A stretch of DNA of 64,000 bases, taken from Octopus vulgaris (taxonomy: Eukaryota). The position numbers and the translations under genes are program-made. The stretch lies in assembly GCA_951406725.2 (NCBI GenBank), contig OX597819.1, forward strand, positions 103,230,001 through 103,294,000. The letters run 5' to 3'. The notes below the pieces were generated by a model that was not told the origin of the DNA, did not search any database, and saw only the letters and a list, made by a program, of their open reading frames with translations. The number at the start of each line of letters is the position of its first letter. Position 1 is the stretch's first letter. Positions 41,934 through 56,800 of the stretch are shown here, piece by piece.

Positions 41934-41939
41934 GAAGGA

Positions 41940-41988
41940 GCTTCTACAGGACTAGAACTGTTTCATTCAAAAGAAATCATCAGGAAGC
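41940..41988 (-). ncRNA. Type I hammerhead ribozyme motif (minus-strand arm of palindrome)
   Basis: Exact reverse-complement copy of the plus-strand motif, with a 5-bp helix I GCTTC/GAAGC. Confidence 0.65.
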
Positions 41989-42035
41989 CTTCCTGATGAT
42001 TTCTTTTGAATGAAACAGTTCTAGTCCTGTAGAAG
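41989..42035 (+). ncRNA. Type I hammerhead ribozyme motif (plus-strand arm of palindrome)
   Basis: Helix I CTTC/GAAG, CTGATGA (41993-41999), helix II (T)TTC-TTTT-GAA(T), GAAA, helix III ACAG-TTCTAGTC-CTGT, and a GUA triplet (A at 42031). The 10.1/11.1 pair is U.U rather than G-C. Confidence 0.65.
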
Positions 42036-42119
42036 CTCCTTCTATAAAATAAATTAATTTACTCTGCTATGTATTGAGTACCTTATTTACTGTGGTTAAC
42101 CCCGACTCAACCCGGGACC

Positions 42120-42150
<31 letters not shown>

Positions 42151-42153
<3 letters not shown>

Positions 42154-42840
42154 ACATAAGGGACTAAAGCCATCTGAATATGGCTAGGGACAGGGCAGGG
42201 TGGTGGGGGTGTTACTGTTGCATTTAGCCCCAGGCGAACATCGACGTCACCAGATAGGCCCGACACCGTCACGGTGTCCTTTAACCTGCAAAGGGAGGTA
42301 ATTCCCCGATGAAGCGGAAACCACACACGGACCATGGTTTCAAGGTGTATTGCCTATCGTCGGCGTGTGGTAGGCTTCCGCTTCCTCGACGAACACTCAC
42401 TCTGCAGGATATTTGCTGATTTCGAAAATCTGTTCGAAAGCAATAATAATTCTCTAGAAGAGATATAGACAGTAACTGCTCGATAACATAAGGGACTAAA
42501 GCCATCTGAATATGGCTAGGGACAGGGCAGGGTGGTGGGGTGTTACTGCAGAGTGAGTGTTCGTCGAGGAAGCGGAAGCCTACCACACGCCGACGATAGG
42601 CAATACACCTTGAAACCATGGTTCGTGTGTGGTTTCCGCTTCATCGGGGAATTACCTCCCTTTGCAGGTTAAAGGACACCGTGACGGTGTCGGGCCTATC
42701 TGGTGACGTCGATGTTCGCCTGGGGCTAAATGCAACAGTAACACCCCCACCACCCTGCCCTGTCCCTAGCCATATTCAGATGGCTTTAGTCCCTTATGTT
42801 ATCGAGCAGTTACTGTCTATATCTCTTCTAGAGAATTATT
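42151..42840. mobile_element. Non-coding GC-rich element with partial direct repeat and long inverted copy, between (TA)n tracts
   Basis: 42151-42217 is directly repeated at 42483-42547. 42151-42407 is inverted at about 42546-42802, and 42445-42547 is inverted at about 42737-42840. Copies are near identical. Confidence 0.7.
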
Positions 42841-42841
42841 A

Positions 42842-42907
<66 letters not shown>

Positions 42908-43039
42908 AGCATAACAAATGCGCAACCGGTAAAAAGAACTTTTCACCTAATTAAATTACTTAAATTACTTCAATTATTTGTCAGCATTTTCTTCATTTCC
43001 TTTTTTATATATCACCACTCGTGTTCGACATCTCCTTTT

Positions 43040-43089
<50 letters not shown>

Positions 43090-43091
<2 letters not shown>

Positions 43092-43384
43092 GGCCCAGTG
43101 GTTAGGGCAGAGGACTCGCGGTCGTAGGATCGCGGTTTCGATTCCAAGACCGGGCGTTGTCTGTGTTTATTGAGCGAAAACTCCTAAAAAAAAGCTCTTC
43201 GAGGCTCCGGCAGGTGGGGGTGATCCCTGCTGTACTCTTTCACCACTCTTTCTCTCTTTTTTCTGCTGGCCTGCTCGCTTAGCAAGCGGCGTGGCGTCAT
43301 TCGAAGGCTAAAACAATGCGAACGCATTGTGACCAGCGATGTGTAGCAACATCTGATGGTCTGGTCGGTCACGTGATCACGTGA
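43090..43384 (+). mobile_element. tRNA-derived SINE, family 3
   Basis: ggcccagtggttagggcag.ggactcgcgg...ggtttcgattcc.agaccgggcgttgt...ttattgagcgaaaa. Further copies at 43398-43515 and 60880-61215. (TA)n flanks. Confidence 0.8.
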
Positions 43385-43397
43385 TATATATATATAT

Positions 43398-43511
43398 ATG
43401 GCCCAGTGGTTAGGGCAGCGGACTCGCGGTTTCGATTCCCAGACCGGGCGTTGTGTGTGTTTATTGAGCGAAAACTCCTAAGAAAAAAAGCTCTACGAGG
43501 CTCCGGCAGGG

Positions 43512-43515
<4 letters not shown>
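43398..43515 (+). mobile_element. SINE family 3, truncated tandem copy
   Basis: Same head as 43090 with an internal deletion, set in (TA)n. Confidence 0.75.
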
Positions 43516-43554
<39 letters not shown>

Positions 43555-44124
43555 ATGTGTGTGTGTGTGTGTGTGTGTATGTGTGTGTTTAAAAAGCGTA
43601 CTGTAAATACACAGACAAACGAAAAACAGACACGGACTGTCCCCAACTCCTCATCGCTGATTGGCTAATGAGTCTAACGCAATTTCGTGCCTTTAACGAT
43701 AATATTGTTTGCCATCTGGTGACTGCAGGGAAAATAAGACCGCGAACAGATAAACAATACACGAATAACAAGCAATACAGAATTGGACATACCATAATGA
43801 ATAAATGTAATCCAAGACGCGACCGTTATGGACGGACGAGGGATAAAAATGAAAAGCAGAATGCAGCCTAAGGGCTGGATGAAAATGAAGTACGGGTAAC
43901 GCTAAGAGGGATATCCTACAGGACTGGAAACAGAAGAGCGACAGACTGCGAAAGAGGCTGAAGTGGAGACTAGAGAAATTACGACCGGTGTAAAAAAAAA
44001 AAGAGAGAAAGAAAATAAGGCTGTCTACGGATCATGTGTCAATAGCGGAAAGAGGGCGACACAGAGGGCAGAGGAGAAAGAGAACGAGAGTGAGAGAGAG
44101 GAAGGGATAGAGAGAGAAAGTGAG

Positions 44125-44355
44125 AGACAGGAAGATTTTTAACCACAATATAAGGTCTATTGGCCTCAATAGCACTATACGTATGGATACTAGTGTACCA
44201 AAGAACGGTGGTATCTTCATTTTCTAATAGTTTGACTTGTTCATGATCCCATCATTTCTTCTCAAATGGAAGTCCAGATTTACGGCATATAATCCATTGC
44301 AATATTAATCCATGGCGATTAATATATTCATATCAAACTAGCAGTGGTCAACTGT
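44125..44355 (-). mobile_element. Old RLE-type retrotransposon fragment
   Basis: Minus strand reads FEKK*WDHEQVKLLENEDTTVLWYTSIHTYSAIEANRPYIVV, a degenerate version of Dong ENE..ILWD..IHTD..IKANRPDIVV. Confidence 0.6.
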
Positions 44356-44395
44356 AATTATTATTATTATTATTATAATTGTTATTATTATTATT

Positions 44396-44953
44396 GAGTG
44401 AGAGAGCAGTGCATGCCATCAAAGTGACACTGGGGTAAAATATACGAAGCCCAATATACCCATCATGACTACCCGTCTGATAAGGGTACACCAGGCACAT
44501 GCATCACAACCATATGTGCGCGACATGGTGATCTCATATTAAGATAAACAGCACATGACCTTGCAGGTGGGGCCCAGTTAGAATTTTCTTCAGGTTGAGT
44601 AGCCCATCCCGCTCAAAAGGTCCCTGAATAAGGGTTGTTTAAGGATGTTGAAAGAACCACCCATGATTCCAGAGGTGAATTATTCAAACCCCAAAGAATC
44701 CCTCTCAACACATGGCTATGATGCTCCCCCACTACTTCTGCTCGTGATCAGAGATGCACATATCGTCAGCCACTAAGGGACATGCTCAACTGGTTACGGT
44801 CAAACAACTGACAAGCAAATCTGTGGTATTGAGCAGAATATTTGCTGTAGCCCATCTTTTATACCAAGACAAAACAATGTACATGATAACACTTCCAATC
44901 AGTTAAGATCAGAAGCCATGAGAGCCACTGCCTGGTACTGCATCAGGGCATTT
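44396..44953 (-). mobile_element. Retroposon 'X', full-length copy (~560 bp) in (TTA)n
   Basis: Reverse complement starts aaatgccctgatgcagtaccaggcagtggctctcatgg at the same point as the 19939 copy and ends gcactgctctctcactc+aataat. Confidence 0.85.
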
Positions 44954-44963
44954 TATTATTATA

Positions 44964-45028
<65 letters not shown>

Positions 45029-45035
45029 CATTATT

Positions 45036-46025
45036 ATTCCCCTCCTGATTTCTGCTGTCCCTAAACTTCTTCGGTACGCTGTCAGGTCCGTCCTCCAATT
45101 CGCCATACCTAGCAATCGTTCAACATTCGATGCAATACCAATTAGATTCATACATTCCATAATCCAAGAATGTGGGAGCGTATCGTACGCCTTACGAAAG
45201 TCGATCCATGACATGCCTAAGTTACTTTTCCTCCTCTTGCAGTCTCTAAGTACTCCTTTTTTTTTTGTAGATGTTCGAACGTTGACTCTGCGAGTATTCC
45301 AGTCAATAACTTCCACATAAGTGGCAAACAGGATATCGGCCTTTAATTGTCTACCGTGTTGCCTTTTTTCGATGTTTTTCAAGCACAGGATTGTCCTACC
45401 CAATGTCAACCATTCTGATGTTACTTGGTCAGCATTGAACAAGGTGTTGAGTTGCGCAGCTATTCGTGCACGACATTCACCAAATCTTTTGATCCAGTAG
45501 CCTTGAACCCCATCTATTCCCGAGGCCTTCAACCTGCTCATTTCTTTGCCGATTTTTTCACTTCCCTAACTGAAATGACAAGTTCTGCCTGTTTTGCACA
45601 GACTAGTGTTTATTTCAGTTCTTGCAACCATTCAGCATCCTTCTTGTGCTCCTTGTCTTTGCTTCCGATGTCACTCCAAAACCTTTGACTTTCATTGTTA
45701 TCTGGTATCAACTTTTCATCTACATACTCTCCATTTATTTCTTTATAGAATCTCTTCTGATCTACATTGAATAACCTATTCTGGTGGTAACCTTTCATTC
45801 TTTGGTCATATCATACCATATTTGCTTTCTTTGCTACGAGGCGCTGTTCCAGTTCCTCCTCTTTCAGGCCCTTTCTTTCAATATTATACTTCCTTGTTCG
45901 CTTTTAACTCCCCTTTCTTTTTTCGGTCTAACACAGAAATGCCCTTCGAGAGAATATCTAACTCTGCCTGTATTTTTCTTTTCTCTTTTCTTCTTTTTGA
46001 GGCCTTGTGCTTCCATTAGAAAGGT
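45036..46025 (-). mobile_element. R4/Dong-like RT fragment (distinct family), degenerate
   Basis: YHQNRLFNVDQKRFYKEING..SQRFWSDI..DAEWLQELK, KASGIDGVQGYWIKRF, WLTLGRTILC, WIDFRKAYDTLPHSWI and EIRRGI. TTA tracts on both sides. Confidence 0.8.
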
Positions 46026-46026
46026 A

Positions 46027-46083
<57 letters not shown>

Positions 46084-46224
46084 CATTATTATTGTCATTG
46101 TTATTGTTACTATTATTATTATTATTATTATTATTGTTATTATTATTATTGTTATTATTTTTATTTTATTTTATTTTTTATTTTTATTATAACCATCATC
46201 ATTATCACCATCAATCTTTACATT

Positions 46225-46640
46225 CCGGGTTCAAATTTCGCCGAGGCCGACTGTGTCTTCCTCCTTTCGGGGTCGATGAATTAAGTACCAGTAAAATACT
46301 GGGGTCAATGTAATTGACAATTCCCCTCTCCCCACATTTTAGGCCGTGAGCTTTTAGTACAAAGGCTTATTGTTATTATAACTATCATCAACTTTATCAC
46401 TATCACTATTAAAATTTTTAAAAAGGCGGCGATCTAGTAGAAGCCATAGCACACCGGAAAGAACGCTTAGCGGCATTTCGTCCGTCTTTGTGTTGTGAGT
46501 TGAAATTCCGTGGAGGTCAACTTTGCCTTTCATCCCTTTGGGGTCGCTAGAATAAGTACCGCTTGAAAAATTGGGATCGATGCAATCGCCTTGCCCCGTC
46601 CTATGAAATTGCTGGCTTTCTGTCAAAATTTGAAATCAAT
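46225..46640 (+). mobile_element. Two SINE family 2 copies (46225-46365 partial; 46423-46640)
   Basis: ttcaaat.tc.g..gaggtc.actttgcctttcatcc.tt.ggggtcg....aataagtacc is shared with 58174. Confidence 0.7.
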
Positions 46641-47902
46641 ATCATGGTTATTAAAGGGTGCCATCTGGCAGAACCAATAGAGTGTAAGGCAAAGCATTTT
46701 CAATCGTTCTTTAGGTTGAGTTGGAATCACACCACTTCCATCATGCCTGATATTCCTTCTAAATCCATAAAATGCAGTAGCAATCTAGTCCCGAGGTCAA
46801 TTCTATCGATTAAGCCTTCCCATCAAATTTCAAGTTTTGCAGTTATTTTTCAAACATAACCAGTGACACTATTTTCTTTTACGGAAGCCATCTCACGGCC
46901 TTCAGACATTGTTCACAGCAATCATCTCTAGGATTGCGTAATTCACCGAAGTATCTTTGGATTAAATGTCATCACGTTGAAGAATCTACAAGCAAATCTT
47001 TGATGATATATTTATCATTTCACTTCTGATTTAAGAAGACATTATCCCAGGCCTTATGTTTCTCAGTCAAGAATTATTCTCACGAACCAGAAAACATTTT
47101 GGACAGTTATTTTTGAATAAATATACTGGTGTGTATTTACCCGTATATCTAGACGTTTTTATGTAATTACAGATACAGAGACACGTTCGTACGCCTATAT
47201 ATGTGTGTACGTATATACGTATGTATGTAAGGAATTATATATATATATATGTATGTATGTATGTGTACATATATGTAAACTCATACACATAAGCATATAC
47301 ATTAATGTATATATTTGTATACACAGACATAAAAGTATATTTACACGCAAAAGTGTATATTTGCATAGAATATAATTATGTATATATATATATATACATA
47401 CATGTATAAATATATATATATATCTATAAATATAATTGTACATGCAGTCATATATTTATATAAATATATATATATATACACATTAATATTATACATACAT
47501 TGATATACGTTTACGTGTGTGTATGTGTGTGTGTGTGTGTATTACGCAAGTGTATAAAGCAGCACATTTAAAGATATTACTACTTGACGTTGTTTAAACT
47601 GCAATAAAAGTGATGGTTGTATTAATGGATGGAGATGAGTTGGAGATAAAACATTGACATCATCTGCTTACATCACAAAAACATTGACTAGCAACTGTTT
47701 AACTTTAAAACATAACCTAAACCCAACATATACTTATCTCACCCCCCACACACAAATACATGTGTCTGTGTGAGCGCGAGTGTGTTTGCATGAATGTATG
47801 TGTACATATATGCACGTTACGTGTGTATATATTTAGAAGTTGAAGGAAACACGCATACTGACAGAGACAAATATTTACAGATAGAAATAAAAAGTAAATA
47901 TG

Positions 47903-47950
<48 letters not shown>

Positions 47951-48104
47951 GGTAGGCGTGTGCATACATTCTCGTACACACATAGAAAACTACTTTAAAA
48001 ATATCTATTTATACATCGTCTGTTGATATATATATGCACGTAAATCATAAAATTTGCAAAAGTGCATATACACAGACACGAAAGCTATAAATATATGTGT
48101 ATGA

Positions 48105-48190
<86 letters not shown>

Positions 48191-48309
48191 CATATGGTAT
48201 CACTTCATGTACTTACATAAGACTAAAAAGATTGTCTGTATTATATATGTGTATATACATACATATATATACATGTTCGTATGTATATATATATATATAT
48301 ACATATATG

Positions 48310-48400
<91 letters not shown>

Positions 48401-48651
48401 ATTGTGAGTTTAATATATACATTCGACTAATGCATACAGGCAGTCGATATTCACGCGCTAACACATAAACGGTACTCTGGCAGCAAGGCTCTTGAAGAAA
48501 AGATTTTATAAACAATGTTTGAGTTTTCCCAAAGACTTCAGCACCAATAACTCTTGGAAATGGTTTCTGTCATTTCTAGTTGTGTTCCTTCTAACATAAT
48601 GTTTGGGCATCTGTAAATGCCACGTAAATATATTTGTTTATCCATGTGTGT

Positions 48652-48690
<39 letters not shown>

Positions 48691-48734
48691 CACACATATA
48701 TATACATATATGTGTGTATACACACATACATACA

Positions 48735-48959
<225 letters not shown>

Positions 48960-49066
48960 TACTTAAGTTTAACGAGAAATGGTTCCTTTTTATACCGAAT
49001 TCTTCTTGGTGAAATTATTGATTGGCAGTTAAATAATTAATTTTACCCTTTGTTATTATTGATTAT

Positions 49067-49150
<84 letters not shown>

Positions 49151-51877
49151 CTATGTAGTAGATTGAGACTTATGAATCAATCTATGTATCTATGTATATA
49201 TGTACATACATACACACATATATGTATATACAAATACATACATATTTACACACACACATGCCCATATATATATATATATATATAAGTGAACTACAACCTA
49301 CTTGCTACCTTCTATACACCCCAACAATTGTAATACCTCCAAAATCCCTATGCTCTATGACTAGTAACTAGATATAATCTTCAATTTACATTTAACTGAA
49401 TATAAAAAAATGAATATAAACTGAGCCAAGAATGAATCAATAACTTTATTCCTTTTGCCGTATTAGAAAATAGGAGAAATCTAAATATACAACGCAATGA
49501 ACTGCAATACAATCAGTATGATGAAGAGCCTATTTTAATAATATGTCGTTAGAGGTAAACCACATATAAGCAATGATATGCACGTCAAAGTAAGATTAAT
49601 TTTAATCTAAATGTCCGTAGATGTCCTCTCCTCAGCTACTGTCCTTGAAGTTAATGTAGTTTTGGCATTTAGTATTACCATTGAATTTGATGGTGACTAT
49701 ACATTCACTCACATGTACAAACATTCACAGACCCCCTCCACACACACACACACGTGTATGTATGACGTGCACTTGTCTCAAGTATAAAGATCTGCAACAA
49801 TGGTCGTTTTGCTCAGGTTTTTTCAAGTTTGCAACGATGTTCGCTATGTACTGTGTCTTTAAGATGGACTCACTAAAGTTCTTTATTGTCTCCACCACTG
49901 AATCCTAATTGAACACTGTGATGCCACAGTTTTTACAAGCGGTTACTGAACAGTTCCTGCCTTTAAGTGCATCACGAAACTCCTGGTTATAGGCCCAACA
50001 TTCCCGTTTCTTTTACAGGGCTTAGAAAACTTGCAGGACCGCTGCAATAAGTGTGTGAATCTGAGAAGGAAATATCTTGAGTAAAATCATAATAAACTGA
50101 CCGTCCTGTAGTTTCTCTTACTCCAAGCCAGGAACTTTTCAGCACCCTCTTGTAAATCTTATTCATGTACGTATTCAAATCACATTCTCTTGTCGTCCTC
50201 GACTACGCTTTCCATCTTTCACTTGGGTGCGCGACAGTTGCTCAAGCAGCCAACGCTCTAGTATTCGCTCGTCAAGAGCAGCCTATCAAGACTAATATCA
50301 CGTGATGTTGGTTTCAATGTAGAAAATATTAGCTTTCTTGAGCTCGCTGATAATCTTCTGGGTCATTTCCATCACTGGATGTACATATTTGTTTTTTCTT
50401 GCAAACGTCCATTCTGATATTATTTTAGGTACTTAAGATGTTAAATATAGCTTGACCATTTTTCTGAGCCTTATAATACGAGCACACATTAGTTGCTTTA
50501 TGGACTACTTATTGAAAAGCTTGCTTCTGACTATGATCTTTCTATACCTGTCTTTCTAGGCTTTCAGATTTGGCGCTGAACATTCTTTAATAAGTATGTT
50601 CTATGATAGGTGTCTAGCAGGAAGTGGAAAATGTTTTACATTTTCCACCATCTCTTAAAAAACCTAAACATCTATTTTACGTTTCTATTTGTTAGTTAAA
50701 TAACGATCTGAAGTCTACTTATGTTGAGATTTACAATTGTTCTGTTCTACGCGTTAGTGAAAAGGTTAGTAAATAGCGGCGGATCCTCTTTGCATTGTCA
50801 TCACATTTGGGCAGTTCTTCAATTAGTGATGTAACCGTAGTTTATTCTTCTAATATGGAGCTTGCCTGTGTTAAGTAGCTTGTCTCGCGTACAATATGAG
50901 ATCTGGAGATCGAGTGAGAGTTGGTCCAATATGGGTTTATATATAAGCTGAAAGGAAAACAAAAAACACGCATTTAGGATGACCTTCCAAATTCCAGATA
51001 TTCCTCTTGAATATTCCTATTTTGGGAGACGGGCAGTATTCATGTTGCAGCACAGAGAACAAATTATAATGGATTTATCTGGACAGCCACGTTTGCCTTC
51101 GTTATTACATGTGTATGCGTATGTCTCTATACGCCTGTATATTTATAAATATATCTGTTTGTTTTTGTGGGTCTTTAGGTATATATACATATTATAAATA
51201 TTTGTATGTGTGTGTGTGTGTGTGTGTGTGTTCGCTTGTATAATGATGTCTCATATTTAGAACATTGATGAAGAATACAGTAGTCTTGTAAGTCAGAGTT
51301 CCTACCCGTTTACCCACCCTCCACACTACATACATCTACCCACCGACTCACTCACAACATGGGCGAAATTTGGTACGCAGAAACTGTGTTGAATCCCATC
51401 ATAGAATGGTCTTTGATATACATTAGTGAAGGGATAGGCTTAATCCCTAACACTGCTTACGTTTAGTACACTCAATGTACATTTAGCTGTTTTGGGCATT
51501 TGGGGTTACATCTGGGGTTTGAGTATAATTGAATCCTTCCTTTCTATCACAGAGACACTGCAGAATGTGGAGTATAATGCATCATCCTTCCGGAACATGC
51601 CTTAAGAAAGACGTTAAGCTGATATTTGAGGGGTATTTCACTGCTATTTAAAGCAGGGTACCAGCCAATTGCATGAGTCCTTACTGGCGTATTTTATAAC
51701 TCTAAGCAATGTGGCACTTTAAGTGGCGATATCATAATAGAAAATTGAACATATGCTCGCATAATTTTCGCATTGGCAAAACACCACCCAGCCATAGTTC
51801 AGCGTACTTTTATGGTGCAGTAAACATCAATGAATTCATAATTACAGTAGATTGTGGTGGTTTACGATATATATATA

Positions 51878-51915
51878 TATATATGTAAAATACATACTAT
51901 ATATATAAATATATA

Positions 51916-51974
<59 letters not shown>

Positions 51975-52192
51975 GTATGTATAAATATATATGTTTCTAT
52001 GTACATTTTTATAAATATGTATCTATATATGTATATACATCTATATGTACATATATGTATGTGTATGTATATGTATGTGCATATATATATACACATATAT
52101 GCACATACATATATAGATACATATTTATAAATATGTACATAGATACATATATATATTTATACATACATATATATATTATACATACATATATT

Positions 52193-52237
<45 letters not shown>

Positions 52238-52256
52238 GTATGTATTTTACATATAT
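51878..52256. repeat. Fold-back inverted duplication in a TA-rich tract
   Basis: tatatgtaaaatacatactatatatataaatata (near 51880) is inverted at about 52222-52256. atgtatgtataaat...ctatgtacat..ttataaatatgtatctatat (51974-52030) is inverted at about 52110-52168. Confidence 0.7.
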
Positions 52257-52448
52257 ACATATATGCATACATACATACATACATACATACATACATACAT
52301 ACATACATACATACAAACATACATACATACGTACATATACATGTATGTATATGTTTCAATGCATCTATATGTGTGTGTGTTCCGGATACTCGTTTCTGAA
52401 GTGGTTTACACTGTCTATGTGCTTGCGCACGCGCGTATGTGCGAGAGG

Positions 52449-52479
<31 letters not shown>

Positions 52480-53014
52480 AGAGAGATTGAGAGAAAGAGA
52501 GGGAGTAGGTATTTGAGTATGTGTCCGAACGCACTATATGTATTTAAACAAAAACAAAAGACAGTAAATATACTTTATATATATTTTATACGATATTACT
52601 TTACTTATTACGAGGTTACACTTTTTTTTGTATATTTTTATTGTTATTCGATCAAGAGTTTATATTTTCTCCACCAGATACATCTCCAACACACACACAC
52701 ACACACACATTCACACACACATACACACTCACTCACACAGGCCCAAATACTTATATACATACAGTCTCATATAATAAACGGAAGTATGCACAGATGCATA
52801 AATGCACTGCGGTACACATAGGAAGGCACAAACAGAGGGACAGACACACGTATACACAGCATTGCCAGTCTCATTACTAACCCATTTAGCTTACCCTAAA
52901 ACAATCTTCTTTCGCATTATGGATAAACTGAGATCAAAGAGTTTGGATCCATTCTCACACATTAACTGGCATTAGCCCTAAGTGCTTTTCGTAAGACTAC
53001 TCACACATTGCATG

Positions 53015-53053
<39 letters not shown>

Positions 53054-53183
53054 CCAGAAATAGAAGTAGATACACAGATGAGTGCGTGCAATTGACCACA
53101 AAGAAGCATAAATTTAGATATACATATCTCAGTCTCTCTCCCCCAGATGTCACTTTTCAACTCTCTCATTTTCTCTCTTTCTT

Positions 53184-53330
<147 letters not shown>

Positions 53331-53383
53331 ATATATGTATATATATACATACATATATATATATAAATATATATATATATATT

Positions 53384-53493
<110 letters not shown>

Positions 53494-54509
53494 CATACGC
53501 ACACAGACATGCGTATGTATCTGTCTATTTATCTATCTGTGAGTATGTACGTGTGTGTGTGTGGCGAGTATGTATTTGTATACAAATATATATTCATCCT
53601 ACAAGGTCTTTGCAAAATAGGCATACATCCGTACAATCATCATACATACATGCATACTCACATACATACACACATACACAAATACGTACTCACTAACTTC
53701 AATACATACATACATAAGCATAAATTATACCCCAAGCTTTCAGTTCCAACCGAATTTATGTAGATTTTTTTTTTCTTCTATTTTACCTAATTATTAATTA
53801 TTTATTAGATATCAAACTATATGCACGCTCACGAATGTATATAAGACACACACACACACACACATATATATATACACACACATACACACACACAAATAAT
53901 TGTACGTAAACGTCTCAATTATCAGAACATAAACTTATATACACTATATAAATCGTAAACCTTACCACTGGCGTTGAACTGGGGAAGGTGTGAGACTTGC
54001 ACGTATATTGGCCCCGAACAACAAGCCTCATATATATATATATATATACACACCACAAACATACATACATACAGGCATCACCAATTATCTATAATATCCT
54101 ATAGCATCAATAGATATCTCACCTCCGCACCCCGATCGAGATTATTGCTAAGTGTCAACAACAATATAATTTCTATATAATCATTTTATTTCTCATCTTA
54201 TAGATATCTATATTATTGGGGCCTTTCTTTATTATTGTGGCCAATTTTGTTGTTGTCGTTGTTGTTACTGTTTTTGCTCTTGTTTTTATTGTAGGTTTTA
54301 TGCCTGTTTTCTTCTATTCGATTCTGTGGCAACCAATTCTCATACAGTTTTTGCAGTTTGCCCTTCTAATAACTGCTTATCTGTCGTCGCCGTGGCCAGT
54401 AATACGATTGTTATTATGGAGAGTGTTATACCAGAATGATTAGAGCGCCGCACAAAGTTCTTTGCAGTACTTTTCCAGTTTTTTATATTTTTTTATTTAT
54501 TTATTACTC

Positions 54510-54881
54510 TTTTACTGGGTTCAGTCATTTGACTGCGGCCATATTCGAGCACCGCCTTTAGTCGAGCAAATCGACCCCAGGACTTATTCTTTGTAAGCCT
54601 AGTACTTATTCTATCGATCTCTTTTGCCGAACCGCTAAGTGAGGTGGACGTAAATACACCAGCATCGGTTGCCAAGCGATGTTGGGGTTGACAAACACAG
54701 ACAGACATATATATGCACATACATATACACGACGGGCTTCTTTCAGTTTCTGACTACCAAATCCACTCACAAGGCTTTGATCAGTTCGAGGCTATAGTAG
54801 AAGACACTTGCCCAAGGTGCCACGCAGTGGGACTGAACCCGGAACCATGTCGTTGGTAAGCAAGCTACTTACCACACAGCC
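54510..54881 (-). mobile_element. tRNA-derived SINE, family 1, well-preserved near full-length copy
   Basis: Reverse complement reads ggctgtgtggtaagtagcttgc...ccgggttcagtcccactgcgtggcaccttgggcaagtgtcttctactatagcctc...gcagtcaaatgactgaa. Confidence 0.85.
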
Positions 54882-55337
54882 AATTTTTGTTTTTGTTTTT
54901 TGGTGGTGGTGGGACTTTGCTAACGTTCTGAGTTCAAATAATCTGAATGTCAACTTTACCTTTCACCTCTCCGAGTTCAATGAAATAAGGTACAAATGAA
55001 GCAATGAAGCTGATTTATTCGACAAAGTCCCCTCCTTTCAAAATGTATGTCCGTGTGTCAAAATTACAAGAAATTATTAAAAGAGCGTTCCATTGATATA
55101 AATTGCTTTGTGGTCTTTGTTCCGGTTCTTTATATTCTGCGTTGAAATCCCAACCAGAAAAAAACTTCGCCTTTCAAGATTTCGAGGTAGATAAAATATA
55201 ATATCCGTAACGTAATGATAGAATCCCAGACCTCAAGACTGGCGTCCTTGAGCCTAAATTAGAAAAGATTATCATTATCCTCCTCCTCACCATCATCATC
55301 ACCATCATGATTCTTCTTCTTCTTCTTCTTCTTCTTC

Positions 55338-56800
<1,463 letters not shown>

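Larger units (their letters stand above)
41930..42046. repeat. Perfect 117-bp palindrome (58-bp arms, 1-nt spacer)
   Basis: tatagaaggagcttctacagg...catcaggaag C cttcctgatg...cctgtagaagctccttctata. Confidence 0.95.

Noticed and set aside
42300-42410. SECIS, hammerhead or HDV-like ribozyme in the structured element
   Set aside because: ATGAA has no opposing GA for the SECIS quartet. CCGATGA-AGCG-GAAAC lacks helices I and II. The P1/P2/P3 order required for an HDV fold could not be built.
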